The notes below the pieces were generated by a model, which made no database searches, had not been told where the DNA came from, and saw only the letters and a list, made by a program, of their open reading frames with translations. The position numbers and the translations under genes were made by a program. DNA of 64,000 nt from assembly GCA_002633005.1 (NCBI GenBank), contig NMRA01000248.1, positions 241,026-305,025 on the forward strand, in the 5' to 3' direction. Positions 26,489-38,029 of the stretch are shown one piece after another (the stretch's first letter is position 1; the number at the start of each line of letters is the position of its first letter). Source of the stretch: Phoronis australis (taxonomy: Eukaryota; Animalia; Phoronida).

Positions 26489-27500
26489 TACACTCGGAAA
26501 CCCTATAGTCGTCCGCCTAAGCATAAAACCGGCTTGTTGTCTTACTCACCCAATTATTCCACTTCAAAGTTATGATCTGGATAGGACTTGATTTAACTCT
26601 CACAAATATATAATATTCGTTGATTCAAACGTTTTCTTTTACTTAAGCCGAGTTGTTCAACTGTGCATTGGTTTTCGGCAGCCATTTTATNACAAAAACA
26701 TGCATAAATTTCTCAAACATTGTCCGATTTTGATGATTCTTTTTTATCTGCGCAACTAAATAACTCTTTGCATTTGAGATTCAGTTGCCATTTAGTAAGT
26801 GACCAAAAATTTTTATTTTAGACCGTAACACAGTCAACTCTCGAATATGGACCTTGATTGTGATTTAGCCGTCAACGTCACTAACCGCAGCGCCACTAAA
26901 CGTTAATTCAGAATATTTTTACAGTCATGGCGGAATATCTGGCGTCTATTTTTGGAACAGAAAAAGACAAGTAAGCATGTTTAGAAATAATCGTTTTTAC
27001 TGTCCGTGAATATGTAAATTTCAGTTAAATGTAATGGCATACTAGCAAGAAATTAACGCTGTGTGACAATTCACGCTTTTGTGAACCATTTTCAGTTTGG
27101 ATTCACTCGGCTGCTCGAGTTCTGACTTGGAATCCTGCTTAATCTCAAGATCGGGTATGTGTGAACTTGGAATAGCTGAGGAAACTTCACACTTTCGCTT
27201 GAATAATCACGTTCCCGTTCATAAGTATTGGCACTGCTAAAAATAAGTGATCTTGAGGTCAATAATTATAAAAATTCTTTGCAGTGAACAAAAAGATATA
27301 CACTCCGAAACCCTATAGTCGTCCGCCTAAGCATAAAACCGGTTTGTTGTCTTACTCACCCAATTATTCCACTTCAAAGTTATGATCTGAATAGGACTTG
27401 ATTTAACTCTCACGAATATATAGTATTCGTTGATTCAAACGTTTTCTTTTACTTAAGCCGAGTTGTTCAACTGTGCATTGCTTTTCGGCAGCCATTTTAT
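26489..27500. repeat. ~200-bp segment present twice (26489-26690 and 27299-27500), either side of U2AF1 exon 1
   Basis: TACACTC.GAAACCCTATAGTC...GGCAGCCATTTTAT occurs twice with different left flanks. The first copy ends at n26691. Confidence 0.85.
26927..26970 (+). CDS. U2AF1: U2AF1 (U2AF35) first coding exon MAEYLASIFGTEKD(K)
   Basis: The highly conserved U2AF35 N-terminus, 44 nt long, followed by a GTAAGC donor at the same position as in vertebrate U2AF1. I found no downstream exons in the window. Confidence 0.93.
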
Positions 27501-28317
27501 AATGACACCTATGGTCGTCATGTGCTGCCGCCTTTTGAAAGGACAGAAAACCACACAGAAAAAGGCCAAGAAAATAGTGGAAAGTGGTTTACAGTAACTC
27601 CACTTCAACCACAAACTGTTTTACTGGTATGATATCGATTTTTAAATCGATTAAAATTGATTTAGAATTTCAGTTCTGGAAAATAAATCACAATTGTTTT
27701 ATTCCAGGCAGACCTTACTTATTTTGTATTTTTGACCTCTTTATTTGACTTTTTGCTCTTGTTGTTCTTAACATCACTTGTCTCTGCTGTCCTTCTTTTT
27801 CTTTTCAGTTTCTCTTCATTCTCTGTTAACACCTTGTCAGCCAAAACAGGACTGTAAGCCTTTGAGACTTGGTCGGCTGAAGTTGATCATTGAACCTCGA
27901 TACAATTGTTCTAATAAATTACCCATAATTGTATTGTTTGATTTTTTGTCATCTTTAACAGGCTTCTGCATTCATAAATAAATAAATAAATACCCAAGTT
28001 GCATTTGAATTTTATTGCTCAATTTCTTCTTTTATGTCATGCTGTGTTGTATGTAACAAATGCAATATAGTGAAATAAAGTCAATGTTTTACTTTATTGG
28101 TGGCCATTNCTTTAACAGGCTTCTGCATTCATAAATAAATAAATAAATACCCAAGCTGCATTTGAATTTTATTGCTCAATCTCTTTTTTTATTTTTGATT
28201 ATGTCATGCTGTGTTGTATGTAACAAATGCAATATAGTGAAATAAAGTCAATGTTTTACTTTATTGGTGGCCATTCTCTAGCAATTCAAGTATTTTAATT
28301 TTCTTCAAAATGCTTTA

Positions 28318-30911
28318 GGTGCATTCCACGGTATTGGTTTTGTTACAGATGTGACATTCAGACACTTTAAATTTCAATATAAAAGTAGTGAAGCATCACA
28401 GTGGTAAGAAATTCTAAGTACACATTACACACTTGATGGAAGCACTTCAGGTATCAAGAGTTTTTAATTCTGCACATTATAAGTGTACTAAAATTTACTT
28501 TTAATTAGTGTTACAGATGTGACCGAAAATGCCATGGTTAATGTGCTAATGGTGGTTTGTCTAAAAACTCTGTTCTGTCTTTCATATTATGGAACTAGTT
28601 TCCCTATAGATAATTTAACTATTTATTTAGCTATAACATGAAGAAAAGGTTTTTGAACTAAAATCAAGTCTTTGTATAATTATGAGCAATTTAAAAAAAC
28701 CATGTNTATAGATAATTTAACTATTTATTTGGCTATAACACGAAGAAAAGATTTTTGAACTAAAATCAAGTCTTTGCATAATAATGAGCAATTTAAAAAA
28801 CATGTGCGTTACAGATGTGACTGTTACAGATGTGACTATACCAAGTAAGTCCTTAAACCACCTTGAAAAAGTTGAGTTTAGTAACAGGAGCAAATCAGGT
28901 ACAACTAACTAACTAAGGTCAACAAAAACACTCATACACGTAACATTACAAAGTGATGTGTAATGCTGACCTGACGTACTGATCTTAAGTCTAAAGATTA
29001 AATGTTCGTTTAGGCTGTGACAGTTGCTTATCCTGGCAAATTATGCTGAGCAGTGATCGATATGCAGAGCAGCGAGTTTCTCGAATATTTGGTCCAAGTC
29101 AATCCATGTGGTGTAGTCTTGTGCTGGTAAACTGAATGCAGTCTTGTTACTATCTGTTGCTCTCATGACACCGACTTCGATACTATCTCTTTCAACCATC
29201 ATGGTTTGTGCAACGTATGAGCTCCTAGGACGCAATTGTTCCATTGAAATTATAATCCTAGTGTAAAACAATTTATCCCGGAGTCAAAACAGCTAACCAG
29301 CCCAAAAAAACACAAACCTAGACTTTTAAAACACGAACCCCAGTGATCGAACAGGGAACTTAGGCAATTTTTCAAATTTTCTAATTCAACGTGGATAGCC
29401 TCACACTGAGCATTTTCAAGTATTTTCCATTTGTTTTCTGCATTTGTTAAAGATTGACAACAATAAAACATAACTTATGTTATATTGCCTTGTTGCTTGA
29501 AACTCGTACAATTTGTGGTCACCAAATTTACTGTTCTTGTCCTCAAAAAGAGTACTTCAACTCCTCAATGTTCCCTAAATTTGTAATCGGAATTTCTGAA
29601 CTCAACGCATTCACGTCAAGCTTTTATGGTACATCATTCCTCTGAATTCTGTGACCGTTGTGGCGTCCACCACACAAGCACATGCCATCTTTCATTGCTC
29701 ACCTTGTCTAGTACACTGTACACGTCCGCAATTTAATTATCAACACTTGTATTGCTAGAGATCGGTCATAAGTCGTCTAAAACAACATATCACATCAACT
29801 ATTTAAAATAGGAAGATTTATCGTTTCATCAAAATGTGAAATTGATACACCTCGTATGAACACAGAGCCCTTTAAAGGTACTAAGGCACTATTTTCTTGT
29901 GACAAACAATGTTGGAAAGCAAGTAGGGAGTGGTGTTTCGGCCATTGGTGTCTTGTCTGATCCCCAGGGTTTCTGTTTTAGAGGTCGGGGTTTGTGTTTT
30001 TCGGGCTGGTTAGCTGCTTTGAAGGTGCTGTAAAACATTTTTGACTCTGGGATATCTGCTTTACACCATAATTCCAGTTTTGATGAACACCTTGCTTGAA
30101 ACGAATACCTCTGAATTCAACAATCACATAATCACTGACCGAAAAAAACACTGATCAGAGCCTCTGATGAAGGATATGTCTCTGGTGTGAATTGGGCGGA
30201 TATCAGCTGGTGCTTCGGGTGAAGTTTGTGGATTTTCAGCTAGTGGCTGTGGTGAATGAGGGGGGCTTTCAGTGCATATATTCTTCACCACAGTGTTTGT
30301 CAACATTAGCCTTGAACTATCGCTAAATGGGGAGTTCTTGGCTCAGTGGTTTCAACAATTCTTCATAAATATTTGTAACATACTGTTACAGATGTGACTT
30401 AAAATGTTTTTTTGATTTTTTGGAAAAGGATTGAGATACCCTTGAGAAATTTTGCTCAATTATGTTGATTAGGGTGAATAAAGAGGAAATTAAATTGTGT
30501 TAAAATTGATTCACTTTTTTCCTAAAATCAAAACTTTTGTTACTTAAATGTTACAGATGTGACTTTTACTAATTTAAAAGTTTAATTGGAAATACTAATT
30601 ATCAAAAAATCAGGTAGTTTCAACTGTCAGTATACTTCTTGTGTAGTAAATGATATATTAAAACAATTTTGGCATCAATTTCTTCACGTGTGTAGAAAAA
30701 ATTATGAAAAAAGTTATGTCACATCTGTAACACACAATTTTACAAATAAGAGATAAACCTTCCGATAAAAGCAAAATTTCTAAGACTAACAGAAAATGGA
30801 CCTGCAGACAACAAAATTCAATGATTAAACTAAGTGTAAACATCAAAAATGAAAGTTTAATGGGAGATTTGAAATTTTTAAGTCCATGGCACAAATACCG
30901 AGGAATGCACC
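28318..30911 (-). mobile_element. TIR DNA transposon (Sola-like, degenerate) with both termini present; spans join n28706
   Basis: GGTGCATTCCACGGTATT pairs with AATACCGAGGAATGCACC (18 bp, 1 mismatch). Many GTTACAGATGTGAC motifs are present, with one inverted near the right end (~30718), plus a decayed ORF at 29041-29471. Confidence 0.8.
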
Positions 30912-33788
30912 TGTTCCGAAACTAAGAAAGCGTGTGACCTCCTTTTACAAACCACATTGAGAACATTTTCGTGTCTCTCATTGAATTTTTGTTGGCAAGG
31001 CAAAGAATTTCACAACACACATCCACGGGTATTTATCAAATTTTCTCACGTCGGGTGTTGCAACCCACAGCACAGCATTGGAAAGATGGATACAGTAATG
31101 CAACCGAGCTGTGAAACTGCATGGCACAAAAACGAAGCAATTGTGCCTGATGGATGCTTACTGCATTGTGGGTAAATTCAGTGATATTTGAGTGTCGTTG
31201 TGTAATTCAGGATGGCCCTATTATCCAATTTTTCTTTACAAAGCTGTTTAACTTGAAAACAAATGTATAGCAATGAGCGTGAGCATGTTTCTTACCTTCA
31301 TGTTATAAACAGAAAAATACTTTATGACACCATCAATTAATGAAATTGCCTTGTTTCATTTCATAACCCTAGCAAAGTACACAAGTTCAATCATGTTTCA
31401 CAAACAGATGCAGGGATATTCCTGGACAGCATCGTTGCACCATAAGTGCATCAAAAATAAGAAGGCGCAAGTACATTGCAGCAGTGCGCAAAAGCTTGCT
31501 TTCTAATAGTGACAATCACCCACAAAGATGGAATAATTGAAATACACCCTGAGCGTTGAAAATGTGTATTCCTAACAGTCTAACACATCAAATATCGACT
31601 TAAATCTAAATGCCCTTTCCAAACATGTAGCGTCCGTAGATCTCTCTAAACATGTTAACTAACTGTTACTCAGTGTTTTATCTTATGAAATCTGCTTCTG
31701 GACCCACTACTAGGAATACATCGACTAAGTCAATCTGAAGATAGTTTGTAAACGTCCACGCTGACGACGTCCGCCATTTTGAATTAGTTGTAGAATTTCA
31801 AATAATGGAAAGAAAGTCATGTGGGATAGAGTATGCCTGTCTTCTGACAGCCTTGATCTGTAAGAACTGTGACTTCATCATTACGCTGCCAGTAGCCTTT
31901 GGAGAAATCTTGGCACCAAAAAGCGATTGAAAAGGAACAAAGAACTCACCTCACAATGCCCGCCAACCGCGTTGCAACCGCTCTAGTAACCGCTCAAACC
32001 TGATGCACTTTAGGCGACATCTGCCGGACACCACAACACTGAGCGCAGCTGGAGCCAAGGAGTGCCAGTAAGGTACTTTGCTGGAGCACCGCGGGACTGG
32101 ACCCGCACACGCTGTTTTCACTGTCGGCGCAAACGCAGGTCTCAAGACACTCGACTCTCAAAGTAATCTCAATATGGATTTCACATCGGCCATTTCACTA
32201 CTCATGAGACATTTCACTGGGCGGCACGGAGCAGTGGAGGGGGCTGTCATGATAGCCGCCGGGATCATCGAAACAAGTAACCGAAACAAGGCACTCTTTC
32301 GCATAATATGCAGCTGATATGTAATGCAGTGTCAAATGTCACTGGAGAGCCAGCCAAGTTAGAGCTATCCAGTACTCTGATTTTCTCAAACAGTACTTGA
32401 AGATACCATAGGCCTAGTGGGGGCTCAGCGAAGTGGACTTCCATTACCTGGAAGGCTATTTAAGTGAAACAGGCCTATCCTCTTAATTTAATCATTGCAC
32501 AAGGCTTTCAGTCCTGCACGCTGAAAACCAACATTCGAGGTTTTGCAAATCACAGGTGAATTCCTGCTCCTCATTGTCATCTTCATCACCACCATGAGTC
32601 GGAGACAAAAAAATCAGTACCGGTTCCTCTACAGATAGATTTTCTTTGTTAAATAAAGTCGGTCTGCGGCTTTTTTAAAAACAGTGTAAAGATGATATCA
32701 GTATGTGCTTTAAGCATTTGCGCACCCAGGGAGGGGGGGAACTCGGGGGCTCAAAGGACCCCTCCCCCCATTTGGTGAGGTGAGCAAAAATTCACCTCAG
32801 AGAAACAAACACTCCGAAAAAGGCGTACCCACATTCTCAAAAGTTCGAACCACCTTCCATTTTATAATCTGTGAGGTTTGATATGGTTAAATGTTTTAGT
32901 CAATTGGATTCCACCAGCCACTATGTACATGCATGTGCATTCGTGTACATATTAATTCTAACGCGCGTGTTAAGGTTTCGGCACTTTCGGGATTTTTTTG
33001 TTGTCAGCACTATTTGTTATAGCAAAGTTAATGTGGCCAAATACTTTCTATACATCGTGTAGTCGTTTGGTTTTAGCTCATTTGAGCTTTTGAAGACGAC
33101 CCATGGGCCTGTGTGATGCTTTACGAGCGAGGATTCTTACGCGCACTGGGTCACTTGGTAATGTTTACAGTGCAATAACATTTGGAGATTCAAAGGAACA
33201 CTTACACATACAGCACAAGATCTGGTGGGAGCCTATATAACGGTAACGGCGCACGGCGGAGCACATACGCGGTGTTGAGAAACAGACGATTGAAAAGAAG
33301 AAGTTTAGCAGAGAAATATGTGAAAGCTAGAAGGCGTAAGATGAATGGGAAAATAACTATCAAATACCAATGATATATTTCAACATGTCGATTAAAAGTG
33401 AATCGAAACGCCTTAGGTGTTTTAAACGTTTGGCTTAATCTTCGACTTCTCATTAAGAAGTTGTATTCCAAATTCAAAACAGCTGTATGAAAAAAGTTTA
33501 ATAATAATGATGGCGCCATCTCTTCTCATCCAGAGTGCACGCGTACTGTACACTACATATTATTTGAGTTTATCATGGAATTCTGTTTTTTCAGATTTCT
33601 CGTAGATGCACTCTTCTAAGCCCCGTGGCACGCCACGAAATGGAGGAGAATGCGCTAAAGTAAAATGCGTCATAGCACTTTGCTTTTTTGTAAACTGAAG
33701 TCAGCATCAAACGACAAAACACGGTTTGATCAATGGCCGGAAAGCCACCAATTCAAAACAGTACGGTGAGAAATCACTTGTTCGCTAA

Positions 33789-34154
33789 TACTCTCGTCAC
33801 ATCGGAGGTGCGGTGCCACTGATGTGCTTGTACGGCATAAACCGCAGTGACACCGCCATGATCGCCGCGGTTCCGCAGCGGTTCCGCAGCGGTTCCGCCA
33901 CTGATCGCCGTAGCACCGCGGAAAACTACCAAAACCGCGAACCTTCGCTGTGGCACGACATCACCGCCGTGCTTCCACAGTACAACCGAGGTGCAATCGC
34001 CGAAAACGTAGACTCAGGCGACCCTACGGCGATCCCATGGCGAACACATGTGTGACGGGTAGGGGAAAACCGTACACTACCGGCGTTGTCACTACGGTTA
34101 TGGCGTTTTGGCCAAAAACGGTAGTGGCACCGTGCCTCTGGTGTGACAGGGGTA
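33789..34154. mobile_element. PIF/Harbinger-like MITE (366 bp, TAA target duplication)
   Basis: TAA|TACTCTCGTCACATCGGAGGTGCGGTGCCACT ... AGTGGCACCGTGCCTCTGGTGTGACAGGGGTA|TAA, with a GC-rich interior. Confidence 0.8.
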
Positions 34155-34889
34155 TAAAATGCCAAAGAACTGTACTTACTACATGGATATTTAACTCCTA
34201 TATATACAACTTTCCGAAGGCTCTGTTTTTAGAACTCTAACAAATTTGGCCCGAGATACACTGAACGCAGCATATCATCGACTGCATAAAGTCTGTTTTA
34301 AAGAAGTTTGAAGGGGTGAGATGGTTTCATTTAACTGTCAGGTTTTTAAACTCATCCGGCCATCTGATGCGTCTACACAGATAATGTAAGATGATTGGCA
34401 GATCAAATGTTAGCTTATATTGTACCGTCGAAGCAGTTCTTATGAAAGGGATGGATAACATTTTTGAATGCATTGGACACAAGGTAAATTTAAAGACGAG
34501 CGCACACACTGTATAACTAAAAACGTGCTATTTGTATAAATAGACCAACCGAGTTTAATCCACGCAAGCTTGAAAACGACAATTTTGAGCCTAAAGTACT
34601 GCATTGACTGATATGCGAGATTTTCTCAATGATTGCCTCATTTTCATTTTTACGAATTTGTATTATTAGGGTCTGTATGTTTATTTAGGGGCTCTGAAAA
34701 AGCATGGGCTACTCGTGACCTTTCCAATTTTTGAAATCTAGAATTCAAATAGATGCATTCTTGTACATTATTGTAACTCTATGTGACGGACGCAACTCAT
34801 GATACGTAGGTTGAATTTTCTTCTTAAATTGTTGCAAAACTATTCCATGATCAATTTTTCACGTTGATGGACATCACGTCGACTATTGT

Positions 34890-35690
34890 TCTATCCATAT
34901 ACGAGATATGTCTAATTTTTCTTTAGAATTTATTTATTAGAATTTATAATCCGGAACATGTGAAGCGTAGCTACTTAGGAAAGAGTATCCGTTCTTTAAG
35001 TTACATAGTTGATTTTGAAATGGCTTTCATACCAGCAGGTGTAGCCATTTGGCACAGTTTTGACTGTCATACAATTTCGGCCTCACCCATGTATGAGATA
35101 AGTAGCTAACGTGTCATGAGAATTCATTTAATCAAGAATTGTGAAAAATAGCTACACATAGAACAGTATCCTGCCTGCTTTAAGTAGCATACATGCAGGT
35201 AATTCGAAAAAGGCTTTCTTTGCAGGAGGTGTGGCCATTTGGCACAGTTTTGACTGTCATACAATTTCGGTGTCACCGATATGCATGTATGAGACATGTA
35301 GCTAATATGTCATGGGAATTCATTTAATCAGGAACTGTGGAAAATAGCTACTCAGAGAACAGTATCATGCGTGCTTTAAGTAGCGTACCCTCTCATCCTA
35401 TCGCCTCCACCTTCGCTCCCCAACCCCCTCCCCGTTCTCCGGATACCGCCATATGTGTACCGGACCTCCACGTCCGCCATAGGAGTGGGTGCGCAATCCC
35501 AGAGATGCACCCATCAGGATTTGAGTAACCGTGAACCAACAACGTTTCATGCGTAGCAGGGAGCTGTCTCAAATAGCTGTAGCTGATATTTAACATTGTG
35601 AAAATACGAAATTCCATGAGTTAAAGCTAGTCGCTGGCCAGCTGAGCTTGAGACGGGTAGCTTACTTCGTACCTATCCGTCTGCGATGGC
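34890..35690 (+). repeat. Outlying degenerate block of the ~180-bp satellite plus part of the higher-order insert
   Basis: GTAGCCATTTGGCACAGTTTTGACTGTCATACAATTTCGG units and the CATCCTATCGCCTCCACC...TGAGACGGGTAGCTTA segment, both shared with 38-45 kb. Confidence 0.85.
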
Positions 35691-38029
35691 TCTGTCAACA
35701 TTCGTTTTATTGTGATGCAGTTTACAGAAAATTTCATTTTCTTATTGTCATTGTTTAGAGGAATTTTTTGAAAAGGTGAAATCCCTGGTATAGTGCATTT
35801 GGTGCCAATTCAGAATCCCTTGTTGGAACACGGCCACTAGTCCAGCTTCTGGTGGGTGGGAAATGTGATAAAGAGTGTGTCCCAAAAATGTAGTACTACA
35901 CACTACATCGACTGGAGATCAAATTCAGTTCCCGTGGATCATTAAGATTCTGTGTTGGCTTACTGCATGGTTGCACCTTATTTTTACGTGCTCCTTTTGT
36001 GTAGTATGCAAGCAAACGATTCAGTTTTGAAGAACAAAAATTCAATACGCAATAGTACTGGAAACTAAATACATCGAGGAAGTGCAAACACAACCTTTTC
36101 CAAGTTAATGAGTAATAAGTTTAATTTAATTATTAGGACTGAAACTTCGTTTCTGATCTACAGTTACTGAATTTAAATCACTGATCTAGTTCCTATGCTC
36201 AACAATGTAATGTCATTTGATTTGTTAGAACATTTTGGGACACTTTGTAGAGCTGTCTTACATTCGTCAATATCCTTGAGACTGATTTCAGATAGACAAA
36301 ATAGTTTGGTACACTTTGCCATTTGGGGATCTGACGATAGGTCAAATTTTCCCTGCAACTAAGTTTCGTGAAGCATCGTAATGTCTTATATTAGACTGTA
36401 ATTGCCAAAAATCATCTATCAATCAGCGCTTTTCCTACAAAAACATGTAAATCAGAAATTACCGTAACCGTAACACTCGATTCCACGAGCAATACGTTTA
36501 CCTCGAATGAACGAATTAATTCCTTTTTGATCTCGTGTTTGTGAGGTTAAACGACAAATCTCGTAGTCCTACCAGTCCTACGTAAAAAGCAATTTATTGT
36601 AAGTACATTTTTGTTACTGTCCGAGTTTCATCAACTGAAAGTCTTTAAGAGTTATTTTGGATATGCAAAAATTGTCTAATTAATGTACTTTACTATTTGG
36701 GAATCGGATTGTTGTGTTTTCCAACTTCAGATTGCACTGAACTAAATTTACTGAAACATCATCAATTCTTACAAGATTAGTTTCTAATTGTCAAAACTAA
36801 TCTATGAATCCATCTATTTTCGTAGATATATAAACATGTAAATCAAAAAGCTACGAATTTGTATATCAAAACGGAATGTTATAGGCAATTTACGCAGGCA
36901 AGCTTGCAGATTTTTGACAGATAACCAGGGGAATATGGGAGACAGGGCATACGTATTAAGGTGTATGTTTGCTCATTTTAAAGGTATGGTTCACAAGTTA
37001 AACTGGAAGTCCAAAAATGTTGAAGTATTTGCTTATGATTGCAAGTACTTTGACTACTCCCTTTCGACATGTACACTGTCATCACAAATCGTAGCCCCGA
37101 CAGTCTTCCGACACCTGCTAACTCCTTACAAGCATTACTCCCAGTTAAGATCTTAGAAATACTATTCGTGTGATACTATAGGAAAGTATCATTATTCTAT
37201 AACCATAAGAAATAGTCCTTCTGTTTATATTAACAAATAGTGGTCTTCAGTTCTCCAACATTCAGTACCTTTTCAAAAGCGGTCAAGCTTATTCTATTTT
37301 TTACATTTTTGGTTGTTTGAGTCGAATGTCGGGTACTGCTGTGATGTGCACGAATGTATTTGATGAGTTTGGAATCACAACTTCTCATGAATACTTGATA
37401 GTGACAGGTTTGCATGAATAGATGGACAAGGGGACTATAGCCCCGAAAACCCATCGAGAGAGGGTTCCCTTAAGATGGAAGGCTAAACATCACTGTGCTT
37501 GGAAAAGAGTGGCAGTTCATTCCATCATCGTGTGACCCTGCGAACTGACATTCCTCAAACTGAGAGCCGGTTGTAGGGTTTCACAAAAAAACAGGAAAAT
37601 AGAGTCGTGAAACCCATTCTAACATTGGTCCCTCTCTCCGTGACCGGCCACTTAAGAATTTGTCAATGAAACACGAAAAGGGTGGCCACTAGAATGTCGT
37701 CAATGGCACCCTTCAAAAATTAGGCCCGATGTATATGGTTGGGCCCCTAAATATGAAAATATCAATAATTTCAATTTTCAGGAAATGCGCCGTAATTGAT
37801 ATTTTCCGTCAAGTCATCAACTTTTCTCATGTTATATACAATTTCGAGAAAAATTAGAGCTACAGCTGTCTCAGTTATCTGTGCCAAAGAAGGGCCTCTG
37901 AAAAAAATAGTTTTGCATTCTGAAAATTCCCTTATTGAATATAAAATTTTCTCGATTTTTCGGAAAACACGTGTGAATGATTAAGAGCACGTATTCAAGT
38001 GCGTTTAAACGACCAATGTTGCAAAAACG

